Origin: Octopus vulgaris
Lineage: Eukaryota
Assembly: GCA_951406725.2 (NCBI GenBank)
Contig: OX597820.1
Span: forward strand, 49,848,001-49,912,000
Length of the DNA stretch: 64,000 nucleotides
Direction: 5' to 3'
This document shows, piece by piece, positions 13,101 to 26,200 of the stretch. The number at the start of each line of letters is the position of its first letter. The first letter of the stretch is position 1. The notes below the pieces were generated by a model. It was not told where the DNA came from. It was given only the letters and a program-made list of their open reading frames with translations, and ran no database searches. The translations under genes and the position numbers were made by a program.

Positions 13101-14773
13101 TTGGGAATAATGCTATTGCAGTCGTGTGTATTCACGATCGTACTCTTTTGGTCATTACGCAGCATTCATGATAGGCACGAAAACATGAACTGAAAATAGT
13201 GAGTTTAGCTCTTTTACTAACCTCTCCTCGTTGGCGGATTAAATACTGGCACTAACGTTTTATTGTGCCAACGACAACTATCCTTGCCTCCAGTTCAGAA
13301 CGCATGCAACAAGGGCCAACGAAAAGTCTGAACACAAATATGAGTGTTAAAGACAAAACATATGAAAATACTTTGGGACAGGCAAAAGGTTAATGTTAGC
13401 AACAGCATCACTAAATTTGCACTAACAACCATTGCTTTCTTAATTTGTTTGATTTGTATTTATAGCTCAGACGTTTCAGATCAAGAATATTGAAAATCAA
13501 ATACAAAACCGAAATCTTTCAGATAATTACTAATAAACCCAACATTTTGATTTTAATAGAATTTCGCTTTTTAATCCATTCATTCAACTGTTTTAAGCTA
13601 GACACAATTTTTGCTCCTCGAGTTATTATATCATTATTTAATTATTTAATTAACTACTCGGTGATTTCTATTAAACCGTCAATTAATTAAATCTCATTAA
13701 ATTTGATACTGGAGTTAATTTTTTCGCAACTGCTTTTCAACAACCACTAATTAAAGTAATTACATAGGTACGTAACCATTAATTATTCGAGTTTATGCAA
13801 TTTTTTACATCACCTTATTCAGACATATAACTACAACCAATCCAGCATCACCACCACTGTGTCACACATGCATCACAGCCACAACTTCTACCGTAACTAC
13901 TACCACCAACACTGCTATCACATGCACCACTTCCATCCATTACATCTACAACCTTCACCACTACTATTACCGCAAGCACCACCGCCATAACAACAACAAT
14001 CACCACCACTAGCATCACCAAACGACTACAACTACCAACACGGTCATCACAAACAACACCATCAACACCACCAAATTTATCAGTAACTACTACTACTACT
14101 ACTACTACTTCTACTAATACCAAGCCTAACCCGAACCATCAATACTACACCACGTTCACCATCATCTAGACGGCCAACACCTTCAGACTATCTTTACCAA
14201 TGCCACTAATAACAACAACAACAATAACACCAGCAACAACCACTGCGACCAATATCAACACCACCAGGAACATCACCACGAACCACAGAGCAACTGCAAA
14301 ACCGCCGCCAACGCTGTTACCACAATCATGATATTCACGTGTTACACCACGACTGTATTTGCTGAACTGTAATGCACTGAATGACCGCAAAATAAGCCCC
14401 GCCTCAAAGTACACCGCCGACCCTACCATCTCTACATACACACACACACGCATATATACCATCGATCTCTGAAAACGCACCACACATTTCGCTGACAACT
14501 ACCACTCCCCTCTTGTCATTGGTGCTTTGACCTATCGAAATCACAGTTAGGTCTCTGCCCGTCTCACGCCCCCTTTTTCTCTTTCCACTTTCCCGCTTCC
14601 TCACTTTCTCTGTTCTCTTTCTCTCTATCTCTTTCTCTTTCGCTCTCAATTATCTTTCTGTCTCAGAATGTCTTCAGAAAGTCAATGGATTCTTTCTGTC
14701 TAACTCCCACTCTCGCACACTTTCTCCTAGTGTCTCCTATCCTGGTTATACATTCATCGATATACATACAAAC

Positions 14774-14915
<142 letters not shown>

Positions 14916-15116
14916 CAGTAATCCCTCGCCATATCGCGGTTCACCTATCTCGGTTTATTATTTAAGTTTACGCATTTATAATAATATAAATATGTACAAA
15001 TTATAAAAGTGAAAAAAGAAAAACACAGACGGTACAGTACTGTTTCTATTTTATGGATTTTCACCTATCACGGGGTGTTTTGGAACGTAGCACCCGTGCT
15101 AGTCGAGGGATTACTG
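14916..15116. mobile_element. pogo/Tigger-like MITE
   Basis: TIRs CAGTAATCCCTCG / CGAGGGATTACTG. A truncated end of the same family is at about 17778-17798. Confidence 0.75.
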
Positions 15117-15124
15117 TGTGTGTT

Positions 15125-15180
<56 letters not shown>

Positions 15181-15221
15181 TAGATAGATATAAAGGGGTT
15201 TGTATGATTGTGTATAGAGGG

Positions 15222-15618
15222 ATATATATTATTCAAAGGAAGTCTAACTCTGTCTGTTTTTTATGTTTTATTTATATTCTTTATAATATTAATGTAGAAT
15301 ATAGAATATATAGCATAAATAGTATATATAGTAAAATGAAATGAAGTGTTGATTGTCTTATTGAATAGATGAAATATTGAATATAAAATACTTCTGTCAC
15401 AACCTAGGACCTTGAAGGCTGCCTTAATGCAAGAAAGTATACTAGTCCCTTAATATTTTATATTCAATATTTCATCTATTCAATAAGACAATCAATACTT
15501 CATTTCATTTACTATATATATATTATTTATACTATATATTCTATATTCTACATTAATATTATAAAGAATATAATTAAAACATAAAAAACAGACAGATTTC
15601 GAATTCCTTTGAATAATA

Positions 15619-15622
<4 letters not shown>
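15222..15622. mobile_element. AT-rich fold-back element (about 165-bp imperfect arms) with a hammerhead-like motif in the spacer
   Basis: About 15222-15390 is inverted at about 15454-15622. The spacer 15407-15448 reads GGAC cUUGAAGG CUGC cuuaau GCAA GAAA GUAUAC UA^GUCC. Confidence 0.8.
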
Positions 15623-15695
<73 letters not shown>

Positions 15696-15697
15696 AT

Positions 15698-15736
<39 letters not shown>

Positions 15737-15951
15737 CATACACACACACGCACAAACATACACGCGTGCGCACACATACTCACACACAAACATATGTGTG
15801 TATGTATACATGTACACAGGTGTGTGTATATATCGGTCTGGAGGAGAGTACGTATTTATTTTCTGTCCTTCTCTCTGTATATTTGTGCAGAATATGTTAA
15901 TCAGCTTGCAAGAGATCATGTGTAAACACACAGATCAAGATTAAATAGTGT

Positions 15952-15992
<41 letters not shown>

Positions 15993-16398
15993 CGACGACG
16001 ACGACGACTACAACAGAGGTAAATATCACAGTAACAATACAACTAACAACAACATGCACCATAGCAACATGAACAGACAACATTAACAGAAACAACAATG
16101 ATCATTTCCCTCACTACCATTTCATTCACCCTCACTACCTTGACTAACCCCACCTCTACCACCACTTCCTCCGCCACCGTCACCACCACCGCATAGCCGC
16201 CGCCATGCATTATATATATATACATATATGAGATGCAGCACAAAGTTTTGTCAGTGAACAGGTCGCGGTCTCAAAGTGACGAAAATATTTTGACAAATTA
16301 AATTTAAATGTTGAAGTGAATCTAACGGTTTTGTGTGTTTCTTAAATAGCTTATAAACACCTTCCACGCTTCAATTGTATATATATACATATATACAT

Positions 16399-16464
<66 letters not shown>

Positions 16465-16465
<1 letters not shown>

Positions 16466-16898
16466 CTCTTTTATACTCTTTTATACTCTTTTACTCTTTT
16501 ACTTGTTTCAGTCATTTTGACTGCGGCCATGCTGCAGCACCGCCTTTAATCGAGCAAATGGACCCCGGGACTTATTCTTTGTAAGCCCAGTACTTATTCT
16601 ATCGGTCTCTTTTGCCGAACCGCTAAGTGACGGGGACATAAACACACCAGCATCGGTTGTCAAGCAATGATAGGGGGACAAACACAAACACACAAACACA
16701 CACACATACATATACATATATATATACATATATACGATAGGCTTCTTTCAGTTTCCGTCTACCAAATCCACTCACAAGGCATTGGTCGGTCCGGGGCTAT
16801 AGCAGGAGACACTTGCCCAAGATGCCACGCAGTGGGACTGAACCCGGAACCATGTGGTTGGTTAGCAAGCTACTTACCACACAGCCACTCCTGCGCCT
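16465..16898 (-). mobile_element. tRNA-derived SINE (family B)
   Basis: Minus-strand head aggcgcaggagtggctgtgtggtaag...ggttcagtccc and a (tactctt)-type tail. Several copies occur in the window. Confidence 0.85.
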
Positions 16899-16921
16899 TA
16901 TATATATCCTTTTAATTTTTT

Positions 16922-17715
<794 letters not shown>

Positions 17716-17726
17716 ACTATATACAT

Positions 17727-17779
<53 letters not shown>

Positions 17780-18016
17780 ATAATCCCTCGCCATATCCTT
17801 AACACCACCATCGCCATCATCCCTCGAGCCAAGAGGGACGACCTCTCCATAGTCATTTGTCTCGCTAATAATGTCACCCAAATGTTCTCAATTCGCTATG
17901 TACTGGCTTAGAAGAATAAAGCTATAAGATATACTCTCAAAAAAAATATCGGATGGTAAATGCTGGAATGCCTATCTTCACAGGGTAACTTGATCAGAAC
18001 TGAACAGGAACTAAAC

Positions 18017-18203
18017 CAGTGGTCAACAACTGGTATGTTGCGGCACACTGGTGTGTCACGAGATGATACTAGGTGTGCCGCAGTGTAATCTGCATATAAT
18101 ATTTTTTCCCTACACTTTTAGTTATATTTTTAGTTCAGGTGTGCCGCCATATTTTCCAAAAAATATGAGTGTACTGCAAGAGGAAAAATGCCGCGGAGCA
18201 CTG
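18017..18203. mobile_element. hAT-like MITE
   Basis: cagtg...cactg termini, subterminal ggtgtgccgc repeats and a degenerate 8-bp flank duplication (aactaaac/gagtaaac). Confidence 0.5.
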
Positions 18204-18429
18204 GAGTAAACAACTGATGAATGCCAAAGTACAGCCAATAGAGCAAGAATACCTATGCAATCAGCTGACCTGCAAACGTAGTAACTAAATCTGTCTGAAA
18301 TTACACGTTTATTGTCTTGAGGTTTCAAACAACAGTCACAATGTTATGTTAATAATAGATATGAAACATGAAAGAAATAGTTGGATATCAGTACTCAGGT
18401 TGCACTACACCTCATAAAAAAGTCATATA

Positions 18430-19017
18430 TCCTTTCTACTAAATGCACAAGACCTGAAATTTTGGAGGAGGAGATTGATCGATTTCATCGACCCCAATAT
18501 TTCAATGGTACTTAATTTATCGACCCGGAAGGGATGAAATGCAAAGTCGACCTCAGCGGCAGTTGAACTCAAAACGTAAAGACAGACGAAACACCAATAA
18601 GCATTTCGCCAGGCGTGCTAACGTTTCGTATTTATTTACTGCCAACAAGGGGATACACACAGAGGGGACAAACGGATTAAGTCGATTGTATCGACCCTAG
18701 TGCGTGTGTGGTACTTATTTAATCGGCCCCAAAAGGATGAAAGGCAAAGTTGACCTCGGCGAAATTTGAACTCAGAACGTAGCGGCAGACGAAATGCCTA
18801 TTTTTTTACTACCCACAAGGAGCTAAACACAAAAGGGGCAAACGGATTAAGTCGAGTATATCGACCCCAGTGCGTAACTGGTACTTATTTAATCGACCCC
18901 GAAAGGATGAAAGCAAAGTCAACCTCGGCGGAATTTGAACTCAGAATGTAACGGCAGACGAAATACGGCTACGCATTTCGCCCGGCGTGATAATATTTCT
19001 GCCAGCTCGCCGCCTTC
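18430..19017 (-). mobile_element. SINE family C, about 3 partial tandem units
   Basis: Repeated cccgaaaggatgaaaggcaaagtcgacctcggcggaatttgaactcagaa (B-box-like gagttcaaattc on the minus strand). Head gccagctcgccgcc. Confidence 0.85.
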
Positions 19018-19759
19018 TGTTAATTATAAATATAAACAAGGACTGAATGCTGCGAATAGAAGGCCTTTAATTATAGGTTTGCTTGACTAGAGCTGATTTG
19101 GGGCTATAAGTGAAAAGCAGTAGCTAAGTCCCCAACTCGCTGTACCTAATACAAAATCACAGCCATCATATAAATGACAACCAGCCTAACAACAGCTACA
19201 CCGACGACGACAACAACAAAAACAACCATAACAGCTGTCACAACAGTACCAAGCAAAAGAATAACAACTAGAAAAGAAACAAATTGACTAACTAAAAACA
19301 CAGGCCTCGGCAACTGCAATGACATCAACGCTTACAATCACAACACCCACATGAGCAGCAAAAGAAGTAACTAATGTTACTGAATGAACAATGGCAGAAT
19401 ATTAGCCATAATTGTAGCCGCAACAACAACAACAACAAAACGACAGCCACAATAACAACAGCAGAAACAACAAGAACAAGAAGAAGAACAACAACAAAAA
19501 CAAGAAAATACACAGTCGTCTAGAACAATGAACAATGCGCAATGTCAATATATTATTTATAAATAAAATTTCCATACAAAATAATGCACTCAGTAACCTT
19601 CAAAAACATCGTAATTTGCTGATGATGATGATGACAATGACGACGGTGAAGACGACGACGACAATGATGATGATGATGAAGATGGCGATAATGATAATGA
19701 CAAAGAAGAAAACGATAGTGATGGTGATAAAATAATAAGAATAATTCATTTTACATAAG

Positions 19760-20180
19760 GAAGGAAAATTCTGGGGGTGAGGGACGGGTTAGTCCATTAC
19801 ATCGATTCCAGTACTTGACTGGTACTTCAGATTATAGATTCCCAAATGTTGTCTTCAGTAATTTATGAACTCAGGTAAGATAACGAACTGGCTGAATCGA
19901 TAGTACGCCGGACAAAATTCTTAGCGGCACTTAATCCGTCTTCACGCTTTAAGTTCGAATTCCACCGTGGTCGATTTCGATTTTCATCATTTTGAGGTCG
20001 ATAGAATAAGTACCGGTTGATCACTGGAGGTTAATGTAATCGACTTCTCCTCTCACTGTAGACTGCTGGCCTTGTGACAAAATTTGGAACGAATATATAA
20101 ACTCAGAAGGTACAGGGCCGGAAAAAATGCCACTAATTATTTTGTCCGGCGCGATAACCATTCTGACAGCTCACCAACAG
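19760..20180. mobile_element. Diverged, nested SINE family C copies in opposite orientations
   Basis: A plus copy at about 19880-20095 interrupts a minus copy at gaactcag...aactcagaa. Confidence 0.6.
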
Positions 20181-20462
20181 CAGCCTTAATAATAATAATG
20201 AGACTTGTTATTAAATGATTGGGCTGGCGGAATCGTTAGAACACCGAATAAAATGTTTGCGATATTCGGCACTTTGCTCACTGACTTAATAACAATAGTG
20301 ATGATGATGATGAAAATAGCAATAATAATAACAAGAACAAGAAGAACAAGAACAAGAACAATAACAATACCAATAATGATAACAGCAACAACAATAACAA
20401 TAATAATAATAATAATAATATTTATTATTATTATTATTATTATTATCATTATTATTATTATA

Positions 20463-21006
20463 AATGCCCTAATGCAGTACCAGACAGTAGGTCTCATGGC
20501 TCCTGATCTTAACTGATTGGAAGTGTTATCATATACATTGTTTTGTCTTGGTATAAAAGATGGGCTGCAGCAAATATTCTGCTCAATTCCACATATTTGC
20601 TTGTCAGTTGTTTGACCTTAACCAGTTGCCCATGTCCCTTAGTGGCTGACGACATGTGCATCTCTGATCACAAGCAGAAGTAGTGGGGGCGCATTATAGC
20701 CGTGTGTTGAAAGGTATTCTTAGAGGTTTGGATAATTCACCTTTGGAAACATGGGTGGTTTGTTCAACATCCTTAAACAACCCTTATTCAGGGACCTTTT
20801 GAGCGGGATGGATTACTCGGCCAGAAGAAAATTCTAACTGGGCCTACCTGCAAGGTATCTTGATATGAGATCACCATGTCACGCACATATGGCTGTGATG
20901 CATGTGCCTGGTGTACCCTTATCAGATGGGTAATCATGATGGGTATACTGGGCTTCGTATATTTTACCCCAGTGTTACTCTGATGGCATGCACTGCCCTC
21001 TCACTC
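20463..21006 (+). mobile_element. Non-coding ~545-bp element ending in (TAA)n; 3' end duplicated at 21048-21165
   Basis: Flanked by TAA/TTA tracts. A related fragment lies at about 61735-61905. Confidence 0.7.
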
Positions 21007-21050
<44 letters not shown>

Positions 21051-21217
21051 CATGTGATGCATGTGCTTGGTGTACCCTTATCAGACGGGTAGTCATGATG
21101 GGTACACTGGGCTCCCTATATTTTACCCCAGTGTCACTTTGATGGCATGCACTGCTCTCACTCAATGATGATAATAAAAATATTAATATTAATAATAATA
21201 ATATTAATAATAATAAT

Positions 21218-21331
<114 letters not shown>

Positions 21332-21350
21332 AAGAAGAAGAAGAAGAAGA

Positions 21351-22817
21351 GGGAAAAGACTAGAAAAGAATGTTATCGCAATACTTAAGACAGAGCTGAA
21401 TGCAAGAAACAGCATCGAACCAGTCAATACTTTAGCCATACTAGTCGTGACTTACAGTTTCAATATTATTAACTGGTCAATTACTGAAATATGTAATCTT
21501 GACGGAAAAATACGAAGATTATTGATAATGCATGTAAGGCACCACCCTAAGACAGATATAGAAGGATTTTACCTGCCAATAGAAGAGGTGACCACGGACT
21601 TTTACAACTGGAATTAACAATGAAGATTGCCACAATTGGCCTAAACATCTACCTGAAAAACTCTGATGATTAGATGTTTAAACTTATCTCAAAACATTAA
21701 AATAAGAAAGCATCATACTCAGTAACAAAACAGGCAAAGAAATAGTAAAGTGAATTCCAAATACAACAAATTCCAGAATTAGAGGTGCTGGAAGGAAGCA
21801 CAGAAAAAGCTAATCGTATGAAAACCCGTGCTAAAACTGCTGCCTTAGATATTCTTCAATAGGAATAAATGGCAAGAAAAATCCTTTCAATGTCAAATGC
21901 CCAAAGAGTTAATAATGCCGTTGTTGACAAAGCCCTTACCCATCAATGGTTAGTGTCTTCTGGCTTCAAATCAGAGACAGAATAGTTTATCATAGCAGAC
22001 CAAGATCAATGCCTACCTCGAAACAGCTACTTGGCCAAAATCTTAAAGAATTGCAGTAGCTCAGCATGTCGTGTGTGTAAACAACAAAGCGAAACTATCG
22101 ACCATGTTGACTCCATGTGTAGTCTTCTTGCGCCTATAGATTATCTCAACAGGCATGATAGATCATCACAGAATATTCACTGGGTAATTTTCAAAGACTT
22201 GGACCTGCCTCATGATAAAGACCAGTGATAACACAAACCACCTCCAGTGCTTGAAACTTTACACATCTCACACATCTGGAACTTCACCGTCCAAATTGAC
22301 AGAAAGATAGATGCGAATAAGTCAGATATTATATTGAAGATCTTCAGAGAAAAATCATTCCTCCTCATCGATATGACTGTCCCAATCGACATAAATGTAT
22401 CTGTCAAGACCTACATGAAACTGAGCAAGTATAAAGATCTTGAAATAAAAATTAGCAAAATGTGGAACCTCAACACTAAAACAATACCTGCTGTCATAGG
22501 TGCCCTATGAATGATAGCAAAAGGGGGTCGTTGCTACCTGTCTCAGATACCAGGAAATCCAGAAACTGCAGAAAATTTTAAAATAGTGCTCATCAGAATG
22601 TATCTTACGTAAATTAGTCTAGGCAATTCCAAAATTTAAAACAAACTCATAATTTTCTTATGTTTACTTAGACATCATATAGAACAACACTTTCTGCATA
22701 ACCAAATATATAGTACCCTAGTCATAACACCAACTTGAACTCCTAACTTGTCTCTTGAGACATCTCGGTGAGACTTGGAGTCAACATGTACAAATGCAAA
22801 GCAATGGTCAAACGTGA

Positions 22818-22818
<1 letters not shown>
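21351..22818 (+). pseudogene. Decayed 5'-truncated R4/Dong LINE
   Basis: ILKTELNARN..NTLAILVVTYSF, CRVCKQQSETIDHV..C..RHD and KSDII..LIDMTVP..KY match the intact ORF. Many stops. Followed by (TAA)n. Confidence 0.9.
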
Positions 22819-22883
<65 letters not shown>

Positions 22884-23240
22884 CACAACTTCTCTATTCA
22901 CAAACAATACAGAACCGCCCTTCCTTAATTTTTCTTAAGCCTAATAGTAGTAAACATCTGAACTTTTTTTGACCGATAGGACCGCACCTAAAGACAAAAA
23001 AAAAAAAAAAAAAAAAAAAAAAGACAGTCAGCCAGCCAACGAGACAGACAGACACTACTGTGATGGTGATAATGATAAAAAAACAAAAATAACAATAATA
23101 AGATACTGCTGTGACTACACATAAAACAATATCATTGATGATGATGGTGGTGATGGTGATGGTGATGATGATAATGATGATGGTAATGGTGGTGATAATG
23201 ATGATAGTGATGGTAATGGTGATGATAATAACAATAATAA

Positions 23241-26200
23241 GCCGACTACGGCTGCTATAATGGTACGATTATAATTGTAACGGCAATGATGGCCGTCTCC
23301 CCACGAGCCAATCAAAGCTAAAAAATGATAACATTATCGTAGCACCAAAATGTTTTTGGAAACTAAAAGGAAAACTAAATCAGTATACCAAATCGCTTGT
23401 CCTATGGTTAATCTGGAAGCGCGTCCCCCAGGGAAGAGCCAGCCTGGGATCGAAAAGTCATCAACTGGCACAAACTCTTCTCCGAATACGGACATGGATG
23501 GTCACTTGAACGGGAAATCCCCCAACTCGAGCCCTCCAAGTTCACCACCACAACCACCACAGAAAGAAAAATGTAAGCGGAACAAATGGACCCGAGAAGA
23601 GTATAAAGAAGTAATATACGCTTATTACTATGCATTAGGTAGGCCATCTCAAGAGAGACACACCGCAAACTCTTACAGTATATGGAGAACACGGAATCAA
23701 GACAGTAGGCCCTATTTGGACGAGAACAAATTAGCAAATGTGAGGAGGGATATCTTTAGAAATAACAGACTCACAGACAGTGAAATAAGCGCGATCAAGC
23801 ACGCAACGGAAAATGACATAAATATAAGACACAAAGGAAATGAAGAATCAGATGAACAGTATAGCCCGCCACGAGGCTTAATTGAAAGACTGCCATCTGA
23901 CCAAAGTACGCAAAGGCCTGAAGATACAAGAAATTCTATTGTACCTGTTAAAGATAGCCAGGAAAACGAAAAAACAACAGTAACTGAAGATCTCGCATTT
24001 GCTGAAGAACACAGAGAGTCTATAGCAGAAATGAGGCAGAAAATCCTGAATACGCTTGAAGTTGTAAGACATACAAGTATGAATGATAGAGAACCGCTTC
24101 ATAAACTCTCAAATACAAACCAAAATAAAAAACAAATCCAAATTGGCAACTATGTAACAAATGAAATAATACGAGAATTAAAACCTGATTTTACTGAGTT
24201 AAATGAAATTATTTACGCTTCTGCTAGGGCAATTGAAACCAGCTGTATGCCCCCGAAAAAACAAAGAAAACAAAACCTGGGAAGAAATCAAACCTGGAGA
24301 AGTAAAATTGAAAAAGAGATTGAATTTATGAGAGGGGAAATATCAATATTAAATGAACTAATATGTGGAAATGATGTAAGATCCAGAACAGGAAGAAAGA
24401 TGAAGAGAAAATTTGGATCCTCACCAAGAGAAGAACTGATATCAATAAAAGAAACGCTGAAACAAAAAGTCCAAGCAAAAGCCCAAAGAATACGAAGATT
24501 TGAGAAGAGAAACAAGTTTTACAAGCAAAATAAGCTGTTCACATCCAATGCCAAAAAATTCTACAGAGAAATAGGGAAGGAGAAAGTAACCGTTAAAGAC
24601 CCCCCTCCCATGGAAGAAGTTCAAAACTTTTGGAAAAGGATTTGGAGTGACAAGAAGACGTACAACATAAATGCAGACTGGATTATACAAACTGAAGGAT
24701 CCTACCAAAATTTACAACAACAAGCATGGGAAGACATCACAATAGCAGACCTAAGAAAGGCACTCACGAAGGCCCATAATTGGAAATCCCCCGGTAAAGA
24801 TAGGGTGCCGAATTTCTGGCTCGCATCGCTCCCGTGCGCACACGGTAAGCTAGTTCAGCTGCTCAATGGAATTATGAGAGACCCAAAGAAAACACCTGAA
24901 TGGTTAGCAAGTGGCATTACTTACCTACTCCCAAAGAATAACGAAACCAACCTTCCAAAAAACTATCGGCCTATAACCTGTCTATCCACCACGTATAAAA
25001 TCCTAACATCTATCCTGGCGGAGAAAACATATGCATTCATGGAGAAGAACGATATTTTCCCCATTGAACAAAAAGGGTGCCGCCGAGGCTCTTACGGATG
25101 CAAAGATCAACTGCTAATCAATCGTATGATCCTTGAGAACTGTCACAACAAGCGCAGAAATCTCAGCACCGCATGGATTGACTATAAAAAGGCCTTCGAC
25201 AGTATACCGCATCCATGGATCTTGAGATCGCTGGACATCTTCAAAATTTCCCCTGTGATTTCAAACTTCCTGAAGCACAATATGTCGTTGTGGAATACGA
25301 ATCTCCAATTATACCACTCTAATGGAGTACTTGCCTCAGAAAATATAAACATCAACTGTGGAATTTTTCAAGGTGACTCACTTTCACCTTTAATATTCTG
25401 CATAGCCCTAATACCCCTTACAAGTGAATTAAACAGAACAGGGTATGGGTATAAAATTGCCAATAAAAAAATAAGCCATCTATTTTATATGGATGACTTA
25501 AAACTTTATGGTAAAGACAATAATGAACTTGAAGGCCTATTGCGCACCGTGAAATCATTCAGCGATGACATCGGGATGGAGTTTGGACTTGAGAAGTGTG
25601 CCAAGGCCACTTTCCAGAAAGGGAAAGTGAAGACCACAAATTCAGTCGTGTTAGATGTTGACACAGTCATAAGAGAGCTTGAGCAAGAACAAACATACAA
25701 ATATTTAGGGATAAATGAAGGCTCTGGTATTCAGCATGCAAGCATGAAAGAGAAAATCAGGAAGGAATGTTATAGGAGAGTTCGTGCAGTCCTGAAATCT
25801 GAACTAAATGCACGTAACAAGGTGTTAGCTATAAATTCCCTAGCAGTTCCAGTTGTTACTTATAGCTACAATGTGTTGAACTGGAATATGAGTGAAGTAA
25901 AGAATATAGATAGAAAAATACGCAAGCTGCTGAGTTGTAATAGGATGCACCACCCAAAGGCAGACGTAGATCGCCTTTACCTTCCCAGAGCCCAAGGAGG
26001 TCGAGGCCTGATCCAATTTGAACTAGCTTACAAAACAACCACAATTGGACTGGCCAAATATCTCGAAATATCGAATGACTGGATGCTAAAGCTCGTGGAA
26101 AATCACGAGAGACGAAAGAAGCTTCATTCTATCATCAAGGAAAGCAAAAAATTTGCTATTGATCTCGTGCAGGATACCCAAACTGAACAACCCGAGGGAA

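Noticed and set aside
13830-14340. Thr/Val-rich mucin-like ORFs
   Set aside because: Degenerate (CAA/CAC/TAC)n low-complexity sequence.
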